DNA of 62,932 nt, the filler included, from Candidatus Fermentibacterota bacterium (GTDB lineage: Bacteria > JAFGKV01), in the NCBI GenBank assembly GCA_016928395.1. It is 6 parts of 6 records of this genome, joined end to end, with 100 filler letters (N's around TTAATTAATTAA, not from the genome) between each part and the next. Parts side by side here need not be neighbours in the genome. Positions count along the whole stretch, not along the records: positions 21,575 to 44,742 come from JAFGKV010000121.1; positions 44,843 to 54,182 come from JAFGKV010000122.1; 4 more parts are not named here. One strand, 5' to 3'. The position numbers were made by a program, and so were the translations under genes. The notes beneath the pieces are model-generated. The model saw nothing but the letters and a program-made list of their open reading frames with translations, did not search any database and had not been told where the DNA came from. Positions 38,384-48,187 of the stretch are shown in pieces (position 1 is the first letter of the stretch; each line of letters starts with the position of its first letter).

Positions 38384-38883
38384 TGACGGCTCGGCGCCGC
38401 AACGCCGGGCAACGCACCAGCCGCAGGACAGCGCGGCGGCGACAGCGGGAGAGTCTTTTCTGGCCCATCGTTCTCAGTGCCATAGTCGGGCTGTTTGTGC
38501 TGTCCATCGCCTGGCAGTTCAGGACCCCGCCCGAGCCTGAAGTCGAGCTGCCAACGCCTGCGGCGCCGGTCAAGGTTCTGGTGCTGAACGGATGCGGCAA
38601 GCGCGGACTGGCCGGAGTCTTCGGCGAGAAGCTCAGGCGTGTCGCCAAGGGTAAGGTCGACTTCGTTGATGCCCGGAACGCACCACGGATGGACTATCCC
38701 CGCACTTTGGTTGTCGGACATGAGCCGGGGGCTCCGTGGGCTGCCTACTTCGCCCGACTCATCGGCAGTGACAGCACGACGACCGCGCCCCCGCCCCAGG
38801 ATGGGATCGAAGTCAGCATCATACTCGGCTGCGATTTCGAGCACCTTCTGACCGGACAGGGCCGGTGGTGGGAGACGCCGTAG
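38380..38883 (+). CDS. LytR C-terminal domain membrane protein
   Basis: TM helix; V.VLNGCG..GLA; IILG.DF. Confidence 0.8.
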   Translation: MMTARRRNAGQRTSRRTARRRQRESLFWPIVLSAIVGLFVLSIAWQFRTPPEPEVELPTPAAPVKVLVLNGCGKRGLAGVFGEKLRRVAKGKVDFVDARNAPRMDYPRTLVVGHEPGAPWAAYFARLIGSDSTTTAPPPQDGIEVSIILGCDFEHLLTGQGRWWETP

Positions 38884-39131
38884 ACCGTCGCAGAGCCCTT
38901 TCAGCTCTCCCACAGAATCACTGAACCCGCCCAGCGCAACGCCGGGAGGGCAGAGCCGCCCTCGCCTACGGATGACACGGCCCGAACACTGGCTACACGG
39001 CTCTCAACCCCGAAGACCGTAGGAGCGGCCGGCTCCGGTGCCTCGCGTCCAAACCAGATACCCTTCCGGCTCTTACCTGTTGGCCCGACGCCGTGGCCCC
39101 ACGCGTGCACCAATGCCGGGTGAGGTTGGGC

Positions 39132-39342
39132 AGGAGGGGCATGTAGGGGCGGGGCTCTGACCCTGCCTGAAGGCGGATACTGACGCGTGCCACCAAGGGA
39201 GAAGGTGCAGGGTAGCCGGTAACGGATGGCTACCGACCTGCATTCGCGGCTGACGCCGCTCCACCCCGCGGCAACCGATCCCGATAGCGATACCGACAAG
39301 GATATAGGAGGAGGGCATGTAGGGGCCGGGCTCTGACCCTGC
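39132..39342 (+). repeat. Two copies of a second GTAG-type REP
   Basis: GGGCATGTAGGGGC.GGGCTCTGACCCTGC at about 39137 and 39313. Confidence 0.65.
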
Positions 39343-39600
39343 TCTCGAACCCGACTGTGAACTGCGAGCACCGTCAACCGTACCCTCCGCCCGTGACCCA
39401 GATCACACGAAACCTGTGACGCAGGTCCTTGTCGGAATCCTCTTGATCCCACATAGTGGGGGTGCACAGGCCGGCAGAACCCCGGCATGGCGCTCGGAAG
39501 CCTGCCGCCTGAAGCACTGCTCACGGGGGCCCGGTGCCGTGTCAACCCGACACGGTCAGGCTCCCAGGGTTCACCGACAGCTCTGGAAAGGAGGTTTCAG

Positions 39601-41472
39601 ATGTTCCAGAGCACCCTTCGCACACGCTTCGCGATCCTCGCGGTGGTCGGCATTCTCGCCTTCACCGCCAGCGCGGAGATCCCTCTCTATGTCAGTTACC
39701 AGGGTAAGGTAACTGACACCTCCGGCAACCCCGTTGCCGACGGTTCCTACAACATGCGGTTCCGCGTCTACAATGCATCCAGCGGCGGAACCATGCTGTG
39801 GGACAGCGGAACACGTTCCTTCACCCTGAGTGGCGGCGTGTTCAACGTGCTCTTGGGAGAGAGTCCACAGCCCGCGCTCAACCTTGACTTCAGCGTGGAC
39901 TACTGGCTGCTGGTGACCTTTGAGGGTACCGATCAGAGCCCGCGCCAGAGGCTGACCTCCAACGGCTACTCCTACATGGCCAGCGGCGTGGTGCCGGGGA
40001 CGGAAGTTGCGGGTGCCATCGCGGCGAGCTACGTCCTGAAGGCGACGAACACGGCGACCAGTGGGACCAACTCTGGTCTCTACGGACAGAGCGCGTCGAC
40101 GGCCGGGTTCGGCGTCTACGGCTACGCTACGGCCGGATCAGGCACGACCTATGGCGTCTGTGGCGTCAGCAACTCAACTGTGGGCCGAGGAGTCTATGGC
40201 GGAGTCGGGGCCGGCTCGGGGATCACCTACGGCGTCCAAGGGAACAGCAGCTCCGCCGACGGTAGAGGCGTCTTCGGCGAAGCCACCCATGCCAGTGGTA
40301 CGAACTACGGTGTGTTCGGCCAGACGAACTCGCCTGGCGGGACCGGCGTGTACGGCATGAACGGCGCGACCTCAGGTTCCACGGAGGGCGTCTATGGTGA
40401 AGTTGCCTCGACTGCCGGAAGTGGTGTCTACGGGTTGGCCTACTCGGGCTCAGGCACTACCAATGGGGTGTACGGCCACGCGTATTCGGTGGACGGGCGT
40501 GGCGTATTCGGAAAGGCTGAGTCGAGTACGGGATCCTGCTTCGGTGTCCACGGCGAGAGCAAGTCGCCGGCTGGTGCAGGGGTGTATGGGAACAACACTG
40601 CAACGGTAGGTTCAACCGAGGGTGTGTATGGTGAGGCCGCATCGAGCGCTGGTCGGGGTGTCTACGGCCTGGCCTACTCCAGCGCGGGGACCACGTTCGG
40701 GGTCCACGGGCAGACATACTCCAATAGTTCCAATGCCGCAGGTGTGTTCGGCGAATACGGCGGCGTGGCGCTTGCTGACGTCGTCGGCGTGTACGGCAAG
40801 TCTGACCCCGGGGATTACTACGGCGTCGGGGTGAAGGCCGAGGGAGGCTGGAAGGGCGTCTATGCCGACGTCACCGCCAGCACGTCCGGCACCTATTACG
40901 GCGTGCACGGCCATGCTGCCGGTCCCACAGATCTGGGCATCGTCTACGGCGTGTACGGCGAAGCCGTGGGCGGCGCAACCCACTACGGCGTCTACTATTC
41001 AGGTGGCCTCGGTGGAGTTGGTGCGATGAAGAGCATCGTGCGTACGGACGACGCTCCGGTCGCGCTCTACGGCCATCTCACCACGGAGAACTGGTTCGAA
41101 GACTTCGGTTCGGGCACCATCCAGGATGGACGCGCGATGGTACTGCTGGCCGATGACTTCAGAAAGGTCAGTGCGGCCTCATCTTTAGACCTCAAGGTCT
41201 TCATCACCCCCAATGCACAAATCGGTGAGTGGTGGGTAGAGAAGACCGGGCTGAGCTTCACCCTCCATGCTCCCACCGCCGCGGACGGCTCCTCCTTTGA
41301 CTATCGCGTGGTGGTGAGGCGCCCGGGCAGTGAGAATCTGCGGCTGGAAGCAGCCCCGGAAGGGTATCTGGATCGCGCTCTCTACACCGACGCCAGCGAA
41401 GTGCCCGCCCAATACCGTGCCGAATGGGTCAAGCGGGCAGCCCTCGAAGCTCGAAGCACCGACGCGCAGTAG
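39601..41472 (+). CDS. Secreted Gly-rich (GVYG)n repeat fibre/adhesin-like protein
   Basis: Signal peptide; SYQG.TD..G N-domain; more than 20 GVYG/GVFG repeats; C-domain ENWFEDFGSG; AAGGAGG RBS. Confidence 0.85.
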   Translation: MFQSTLRTRFAILAVVGILAFTASAEIPLYVSYQGKVTDTSGNPVADGSYNMRFRVYNASSGGTMLWDSGTRSFTLSGGVFNVLLGESPQPALNLDFSVDYWLLVTFEGTDQSPRQRLTSNGYSYMASGVVPGTEVAGAIAASYVLKATNTATSGTNSGLYGQSASTAGFGVYGYATAGSGTTYGVCGVSNSTVGRGVYGGVGAGSGITYGVQGNSSSADGRGVFGEATHASGTNYGVFGQTNSPGGTGVYGMNGATSGSTEGVYGEVASTAGSGVYGLAYSGSGTTNGVYGHAYSVDGRGVFGKAESSTGSCFGVHGESKSPAGAGVYGNNTATVGSTEGVYGEAASSAGRGVYGLAYSSAGTTFGVHGQTYSNSSNAAGVFGEYGGVALADVVGVYGKSDPGDYYGVGVKAEGGWKGVYADVTASTSGTYYGVHGHAAGPTDLGIVYGVYGEAVGGATHYGVYYSGGLGGVGAMKSIVRTDDAPVALYGHLTTENWFEDFGSGTIQDGRAMVLLADDFRKVSAASSLDLKVFITPNAQIGEWWVEKTGLSFTLHAPTAADGSSFDYRVVVRRPGSENLRLEAAPEGYLDRALYTDASEVPAQYRAEWVKRAALEARSTDAQ

Positions 41473-41481
41473 GGACGCGCC

Positions 41482-42114
41482 ATGTTCCGCACAACTCACC
41501 CGCACACCCGGCTGCGACTGCCGGGAGTCCGAGCCCACTGGCTGGCGCTTCTGGGCCTCTGGGGTGTGCTCCTGTGGCCGCTTCACAGCGAGGCGCAGTA
41601 CATCGTCGGACCGACGGTCATGGCCGGCGGGGGCGCCCGTCTCACGGGCGGGAGCTACGTCATCACCGCGACGTCGGGCCAGGCCGGGCCCATCGGTGTC
41701 TCCACGGGCGGTGCGTACCGGACCAATCATGGATTCTGGTATGCGGTGACCGGCGGTGGGGGCGGAGGGCCGGGGTTAGACCCGATGGTGCTCTCCATCA
41801 CCATGCTCAACCCGACCACTGCCCGTATTTCATGGGCCGCGGTCACGGGCGCGACCCACTATGACCTCTACAGGAGCACGTCCGCGTACGCACCTGCATC
41901 GGGATCCACATGGGTCACCATAGTGGCCCCCAACACCAACGTGGATACGTCAGCGGGGATAGGGGATCCAAACTTCAACTACTTCTTCGTCGGCATCGCG
42001 AGGAACGCGAGCGACACGTCGCCGGAGTCGAATCGAGTCGGTGAGTTCGATTTCGGCGCCGACATACCGCTCTGCGGAGCGACATCTCCATCGGGGGGTG
42101 ACGCACAGCGGTAA
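41482..42114 (+). CDS. Secreted partner protein (GGG..GFW domain plus VGEFDF C-terminal domain)
   Basis: Signal peptide AEA-Q; clear paralog of 45572-46144. Confidence 0.8.
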   Translation: MFRTTHPHTRLRLPGVRAHWLALLGLWGVLLWPLHSEAQYIVGPTVMAGGGARLTGGSYVITATSGQAGPIGVSTGGAYRTNHGFWYAVTGGGGGGPGLDPMVLSITMLNPTTARISWAAVTGATHYDLYRSTSAYAPASGSTWVTIVAPNTNVDTSAGIGDPNFNYFFVGIARNASDTSPESNRVGEFDFGADIPLCGATSPSGGDAQR

Positions 42115-42345
42115 GCACGCGTCATCGTGACGCCGGCGATCCTCCCGTCGTCCTTCGGGGCGGCGGGAGGATCTGCTTTTTGCGAGGGCGCGTGAGCAAC
42201 CCCGCAACGGCATACTTGACAGAGGCCGGCGAGGCCGGGAAATACAGCCTCGTCCTTAGATCTCAGAGAGCCCCGCCCACCCGGTGGGGATCCGTTGTCC
42301 GTTCTCAGACCATTGTCACATCTCACGCATAGCGAGGGCCGCCAC

Positions 42346-43239
42346 ATGTCCTGTCGCCAGATTACTTTCCCCACCGAGCCTCTCTCTCCACCGACTCATG
42401 GCTCCACCCGCGTCGTGACACGTCGCCGGCCGTCGGCGTGTCGATCCGTGACCGTGGGGATCGCCGTCGGACTACTGCCGCTGGTCTTCTTGGGGGCCGC
42501 TGGATGTTCGACCCGGGAGTCAACGCCCATCGTGGCGGCGGATTCGACGGTGGTCTATCCCAGCAAGATCTCCAACGATGTGCAGGTTTCCATTACTTTT
42601 GCGTTGAAGGGCAGCAAGAGACGCGAAGAGCAACAGCGTCTGGAGCGGGCGCGGCAGCGTCAGATAGAACGGGAGCGCAAGGAGCGCGACGCGAAGGAAC
42701 GGGCACAACGTGCGAAGGCCAAGAAGAAGCCCTCGAGCTCGAAATCCAAGAAGCCCGTGAAGAAGGCGACGAAGCCGACGGCATACACATCGAAGGCGCC
42801 TGCCACGGCGCCGTCACGAGCCGAATCGGCGGATAGCATGGCCACCTCCGCCGCGGCCTCGAAAGCCGTGACCACACCGTTGGAGAGTTCCCCCTCATTG
42901 CCTCCGGACGAAAGAGTGTTCGAGCTGGAAGAAGGAGCCAGGGTTCAGGCCACCATGCGGATAGAGAATCCGTATGGGCGTGGGACGAGGCCGGTCATGT
43001 TTCACACGGTCTGGCTCAACCCTGAAGGCAAGCGCGTGTTCAAGAAGATGACCGAGTGGACCCCCAATGACACCTCGCAGGTGTTCACGACTTCGTTGAC
43101 CATACCACCGTCACGGCGGACAGCCGGTCAGTACGAGCTCCAGGTCTTCTTGTTCCGTGAACTCATCGCGTCCAAGACCATTCAGCTCACGGGAGAATCC
43201 ACCGCCTTGCAGGAGAAAGACGACACCGGAGGGATGTGA
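42346..43239 (+). CDS. Hypothetical lipoprotein with charged coiled-coil and Ig-like C-domain
   Basis: AAGC lipobox; K/R/E-rich linker; beta-rich end; start uncertain. Confidence 0.65.
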   Translation: MSCRQITFPTEPLSPPTHGSTRVVTRRRPSACRSVTVGIAVGLLPLVFLGAAGCSTRESTPIVAADSTVVYPSKISNDVQVSITFALKGSKRREEQQRLERARQRQIERERKERDAKERAQRAKAKKKPSSSKSKKPVKKATKPTAYTSKAPATAPSRAESADSMATSAAASKAVTTPLESSPSLPPDERVFELEEGARVQATMRIENPYGRGTRPVMFHTVWLNPEGKRVFKKMTEWTPNDTSQVFTTSLTIPPSRRTAGQYELQVFLFRELIASKTIQLTGESTALQEKDDTGGM

Positions 43240-43334
43240 TCTCTCGAGGGGGGGAGAACGACCGGCAGGAATGAACTTCAAAAAATAAAGTAACTACACG
43301 TACGCCATCTGGGGGAAAACGCGGCGGAAGTCTG

Positions 43335-44477
43335 TCAGATCAGGGCGATGATCGGGTTCTTGCTGCGGAGTTTGACCCTTCGGAACCACATGGACAGCGG
43401 TAGCATGACTGCCAGAAGGGCTACCCAGCCGACGAAGGATGCGACAACCGCGCCCTGACGGTAGTACACGCCGAATCGATCAGCCACGATGGCCAGCAGC
43501 GAGATGTGCACGACATAGAAGAACAAGGGGACGCGGCCGACCACCCCCAGCCAACTCACCAGAGGCCTGGCAACCTGGCCGATGAGATCAATGAACCCCA
43601 CGAAGAAGCATACGGCGCCGAAGACCCAGAGATTGTGGAACAGGTTCGGCGGGTATTTCTGGTCGAGGAAGAACGAGTACCTGCCCAATTGATCGAAGGG
43701 ATAGGTTGTACCCCAGCCTCGATTGAGCCTGACCGCCGTGGCCAGGCCTATTGCCGCCAGAGCGATGACCCAGCTCCACATGATCCGTTGCCTCGCAGTC
43801 TTCCACCCCGCCAGCCAGCCCTGAGCCATGACCGAACCCAGAACCGCAAGGCTGAACCATGGGATCACGGGGTACTTGTTCCATGCGCCGGCATCGACAA
43901 AGGTCTGCATGATGATCTGCTGCCACATGACATTCGCATCGTACTGGATAGTCATCAGAAACGGCTGCGCCACGGACGCCGCGAGGCCGACGGCAAGCCT
44001 TATCTGCCAACGGGCATTGATGAATAATGCCAGCAGGCACATGGACAAGCCGATGCATGCGATGATGCCGAGATGCGCAAGATTCAGCCTTCGGAAGCCG
44101 ATCCAGGCAGAGTTTACCACGGTGACCTGCACGAGAATGAGAAACAGCCCCCGCTGGATTAGATGCCACTTGGCCTTCCATTCCGAGACGCCTGAAGCGA
44201 TTCGTCGCGTATAGGCCAACCACGATACGGCGCCATTCATCATGAGAAACCCCGGCGCACACAGATAACCCATGTACCGCAACCCAAACTGGCCGGGATC
44301 CGCGAACAGAGGATCGAACATATCGAGGCTCTTCCAGACACTGTTGAAGAACCCTGAGCTGTGGCCGAGGGCCATCATGACGCCAACAAGACCTCGGAAC
44401 TGGTCTATGAATACGTATCGTTGCTTCGTTACAGCCACGGGCACACCCTTGCCTGGTAGAGGGACAGAGGACCACAT
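43335..44477 (-). CDS. DUF1624 / heparan-alpha-glucosaminide N-acetyltransferase-like membrane protein
   Basis: ID.FRG...MALGH, CAPGF, YP.IPW, KYPP, G.VPLFFY..H. Confidence 0.85.
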   Translation of the reverse strand: MWSSVPLPGKGVPVAVTKQRYVFIDQFRGLVGVMMALGHSSGFFNSVWKSLDMFDPLFADPGQFGLRYMGYLCAPGFLMMNGAVSWLAYTRRIASGVSEWKAKWHLIQRGLFLILVQVTVVNSAWIGFRRLNLAHLGIIACIGLSMCLLALFINARWQIRLAVGLAASVAQPFLMTIQYDANVMWQQIIMQTFVDAGAWNKYPVIPWFSLAVLGSVMAQGWLAGWKTARQRIMWSWVIALAAIGLATAVRLNRGWGTTYPFDQLGRYSFFLDQKYPPNLFHNLWVFGAVCFFVGFIDLIGQVARPLVSWLGVVGRVPLFFYVVHISLLAIVADRFGVYYRQGAVVASFVGWVALLAVMLPLSMWFRRVKLRSKNPIIALI

Positions 44478-44520
44478 GTCGTGGAAGGTGACGGCCGAGA
44501 GACGGTTGTAGCGATCAGCT

Positions 44521-44550
44521 ATGATAGCGTGCCCCGACGACAGTCGTCAA
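44521..44550 (-). promoter_or_regulatory. Putative sigma70 promoter
   Basis: Minus strand TTGACG-18 bp-TATCAT. Confidence 0.45.
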
Positions 44551-44589
44551 GGGGATCGACGCGCGAGGGCTCGCTTCGCGAGCAGTTCC

Positions 44590-44742
44590 CAGGGTTCAGG
44601 GTTCGGCTCGCCTGGCGAGCAGGGTTCAGGGTTCAGTGCGGCCTCTGAGGACGCCGGGCGCACTCAGAATTCTCAGGGTTGAGAGTACAGCCGGCAGTTG
44701 GCTCTCGGCTCTCAGCCCACTCCTTTCTCCTCACTTCTCACC
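44590..44742 (-). repeat. Multicopy repeat element at the contig end
   Basis: Reverse complement matches 62899-62932 followed by 59187-59273; contains AGGGTTC heptamers. Confidence 0.85.
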
Positions 44743-44842
44743 NNNNNNNNNNNNNNNNNNNNNNNNNNNNNNNNNNNNNNNNNNNNTTAATTAATTAANN
44801 NNNNNNNNNNNNNNNNNNNNNNNNNNNNNNNNNNNNNNNNNN
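44743..44842. other. Artificial contig spacer
   Basis: N44-TTAATTAATTAA-N44. Confidence 0.99.
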
Positions 44843-45575
44843 CCGGGGCTCCTACAAGATTCTCGGCAGCGGCAGCGTGGATTTCGTGCAGAACCATCCC
44901 TATAACGGTGACGAGGTCATTGTGTATGCGGCACCCGAAGGTGATGAGGTCGCGACCTACACCCGTGGCACTGCGCGTCTTGTTGAAGGAGAGGCGATTG
45001 TATCTCTGGGGGAGACCTTCAAGTGGGTGACCAATCCTGATATCGGATTGACGGCACATCTCACACCGCGCAGCCGGGGGACCGTCCTCTTTGTGGAATC
45101 CCTGACGACCGAAGCCATGACGGTGCGATCTCTCGAGGGATTCGCCGATGATGTGGTGTTCGATTACCTCGTCTACGGTCTGCGAATCGGATTCGAAGAG
45201 GCGACCGTGGTGCAGAAGAAAGAGCTGGAAGCCCACATACCCTCCATGGAGGACCACCGCGCGGCCTATGCTGCCCATCCGTATCTCAGGCAATACAACG
45301 CACTGGAGCGTTACACGGCCATGCGTGGTGCGCTGGAAGTCCAGTCGCCCCTAGACTTCTCCGCGTCTCATGCGCTCAAGAACGCGGTACAGGAGTATGA
45401 TCCAATTGGGCATCCATCCATCATGGATGCCCCGCGTGCACCCGATAGCGATCGAGAACCTCCGCCCCACATCGATGGTGAAAGGCCGGCCAGGGATGTG
45501 ATGGAGGCTGAAGAGATGAGCGGCCCACCGACTCGTCTATACCGCGCTGAATCCCGCGAGCGAGACGAATCATGA
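44843..45575 (+). CDS. C-terminal part of a probable fibre-like protein (5' truncated)
   Basis: FVQNHP...YAAPEG.E...Y.RG.A.L..G...V.L...F, FDY.V...R.G.E; resembles the C-domain of 39601-41472 and precedes the same kind of partner. Confidence 0.7.
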
Positions 45576-46144
45576 GAAGCCTCAATGGTCTCATCTTGGC
45601 AATGGTTCTTACGTGTGTCTTCCCGGGAATGCTGATCGCCCAGTATGTCGTCAGCCCCTCAGTTACCGCCGGCGGTGGAGCACGAATGACCGGAGGCGGC
45701 TATGCGATCACGGGTACGACAGGACAGAGTTCACCTGTCGGCATCTCCAGTGGCGCCGGCCATAGCACGCAGCATGGATTCTGGCATGCCGCCATGGGAA
45801 GTAGTGCCCTCGGACCCATGGTGCTGGCGATTCACCTTCTCAACCCAACGAGCGCTCGTCTCTCCTGGGCCGCGGTGACCGGTGCAACCTTGTATGAGCT
45901 GTACCGCAGTACTACGCCGTACTTCGCCGCCACCGGGGCTGCGTGGCAAACCGTTGCCGCACCGACGACGCAGCAGGATTTTGCCGCCGGCATCGGAGAC
46001 CAGGCGACCAACTACTTCTTCAAAGGGATCGCGAGGAACGCAACGCAGACCTCCCCCGAATCGAATACGGTGGGTGAGATCGATTTCGACGCAGAAATCT
46101 CGACGATGTTCCGGACGCCTCCTGCCGTTTCCACCGAACGATAG
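45572..46144 (+). CDS. Secreted partner protein (GGG..GFW domain plus VGEIDF C-terminal domain)
   Basis: Signal peptide LIA-Q; paralog of 41482-42114. Confidence 0.85.
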   Translation: MRSLNGLILAMVLTCVFPGMLIAQYVVSPSVTAGGGARMTGGGYAITGTTGQSSPVGISSGAGHSTQHGFWHAAMGSSALGPMVLAIHLLNPTSARLSWAAVTGATLYELYRSTTPYFAATGAAWQTVAAPTTQQDFAAGIGDQATNYFFKGIARNATQTSPESNTVGEIDFDAEISTMFRTPPAVSTER

Positions 46145-46311
46145 GAGCAGAAAGAACGTACCAGCATGCACGATTCCCACTATCACCGGGCGCTCGCCTC
46201 GGACGGAGGTCTCCCCGGCTCCCTCAGCGCTGCAGGGGAAACGCATCTCCCCCCGACGCCGGAGCGGCTATTCCGACATGGGTGGCGGCCCTGCGAGCGC
46301 ACCGGTGATGG

Positions 46312-46746
46312 ATGGGAAGTATACCCGAAGGGAGGCCCGACGAGGATTCACTGGCTCCGGAGCCATGGGCTGGCCACCTCGCTGACAAGCGCACGTTGGG
46401 ACGCAACTCTCCGGTGCCCGGAGTCTCGACGGTGTGTGTGCCGCACGGCCTGACACTGCGAGGAGTGAGTGGGGATGTGCCCGGAGCGACCATCTCCTTC
46501 AGCCTGGACCGCCAGAGCCGCGTCACGGTGGAGCTCATAGACTCCTCCGGAGTGCTTGTTCGGCGGCTCTTCGATGGAATGCTCCCGATGGGTACCCATG
46601 AACTCACCTGGGATGGAAAGGATCATCGCAGCAGACATCTAGACAAGGCGGCACTCCGCTGCCGGATGTTGGTTCGCCTGGCAGGCGGAGCTGCCCATGT
46701 GGTGTGCCGCGACATGCCGCTTGATGGCAGCGCACGTGGATCATAG
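46312..46746 (+). pseudogene. Orphan or degenerate FlgD-Ig domain ORF
   Basis: ATISFSL.....VTVELIDSSG.LVRRL.DG....G.HELTWDG.D with no signal peptide or cargo. Confidence 0.5.
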
Positions 46747-47356
46747 GGAAGACGGCACGTGCATCCACCGCGCGGGCGGTTCGTGGAACTCAAGACACGG
46801 AGGGGCTGCCAGCGTCGAGTGGTGTGAGAGCCTACCAGGCCGGCCATGCGCATGCCCGCCGCAACCGAAACGAGTACCTCCGGACGGACTGACCCCGGGC
46901 GACAGGGCACTTCAGGTCGTACTGCCGCAACCCCCCTGCCCCATCTATCATGGCGTGGCCCAAAGGCATGCGCAAGAAGAGCGCCGCCGGCGAGGCAACA
47001 GATCTCCTGCACCCCCGTGTGCGAGAGGTGACTGAAGTCGAGCCGAAGGTGACGAGGGACGTGCAGCTTGGGGATGTAGGTCAAATGCCAGTTCGCTGAA
47101 CAGAGAGGGCACAAAACGACATCGCTCAGCCCTCCAGGGAAGAGCAAGTTGAAAAGTCGCCAACGCGCCTCTGGTTCGCATGGACGGCAGCGATGCCGCA
47201 TGGTCGTGTGGGTTTCCGTGCCATACCATCACCCTAGGATGTCATATTCCAACAAGCCATGCCTGGTGCCGCTGCGCGTTTCCAGGTTCGCCCATGCAGA
47301 CGTGCCTCTCGGAATCCAGGGCAGCGCAGCGCACACGGTTCTCATCCTTCAGCAAT

Positions 47357-47780
47357 TCAGCGCAGGAGAACGATCTCCTGTTGGCGTGTCGAGTCTCCCG
47401 CTCGAATCTGAATCACATAGACGCCGTTTGCGACAGGCGTGCCATAGTCATCCCGGGCATGCCACATACGCATGGATCTGCCGGTATTGGCTATACCCTT
47501 GCAGAAAGCTTTCGGGGTCAGGCCCCCGCATCCGCAGGTGCGGGGCAAGCTTTGACAGGTGACAGGCCCGTTCTGATCGAGGACTCCGGATCCGATTGGG
47601 ATTCCCGGAGAGAGCATTAGGTCGCAAGGCCTCTGAGGGTCGGCAGAATAGGTCGAGCTGGGTCAAGAATGGATGCGGGCAGGACGATTCTAATGAGAAT
47701 AGTGGGAGAATGTCGGCCCAGGCCTGGCCGGATCCATGGGCTGGCGCCGAGGATTGCCGCGGCGGGCGGGATTGGAGGAT
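47357..47780 (-). pseudogene. Degenerate FlgD-Ig/T9SS-like C-terminal domain remnant
   Basis: FSLESSCPHPF in one frame, WHARDDYGTPVANGVY.IQI.AG......IVLLR in another. Confidence 0.45.
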
Positions 47781-48187
47781 GTGCGACATCCGATCGTTTC
47801 CATCACGGCCCCTGGTGAAGGTCTCCCTCGGAACACAGGGGGCTTCACGCAAGCCGACACCTCAGGCGCGGTCAAGCGGTTCGGGGCCGCGGAACGCCCC
47901 TCCCCCGGCAGGCCCGTGATGACCCCCAGGCCAAAGGTCCGAGAGAACTGGAAAGCCCCGATTTCATGGACGTCCATAGACTCACACGGCAATCGAGTGG
48001 ATAGCCAAGGTTCCCATCTTCCCCACGGGCCCAGACCGTACCAAGCCCACCTTCATGGGCTTCCCTTTCGAGACGCCAAGCGATCATACCGCTCCGGCCG
48101 CGCAAGACAAGAGAGGGACGGCGCGCTGTTGCGGCTTGTGTGAAGTCGTATATCATCGACCCGTCCCGCTCTGCTAACGAGGTGCCT

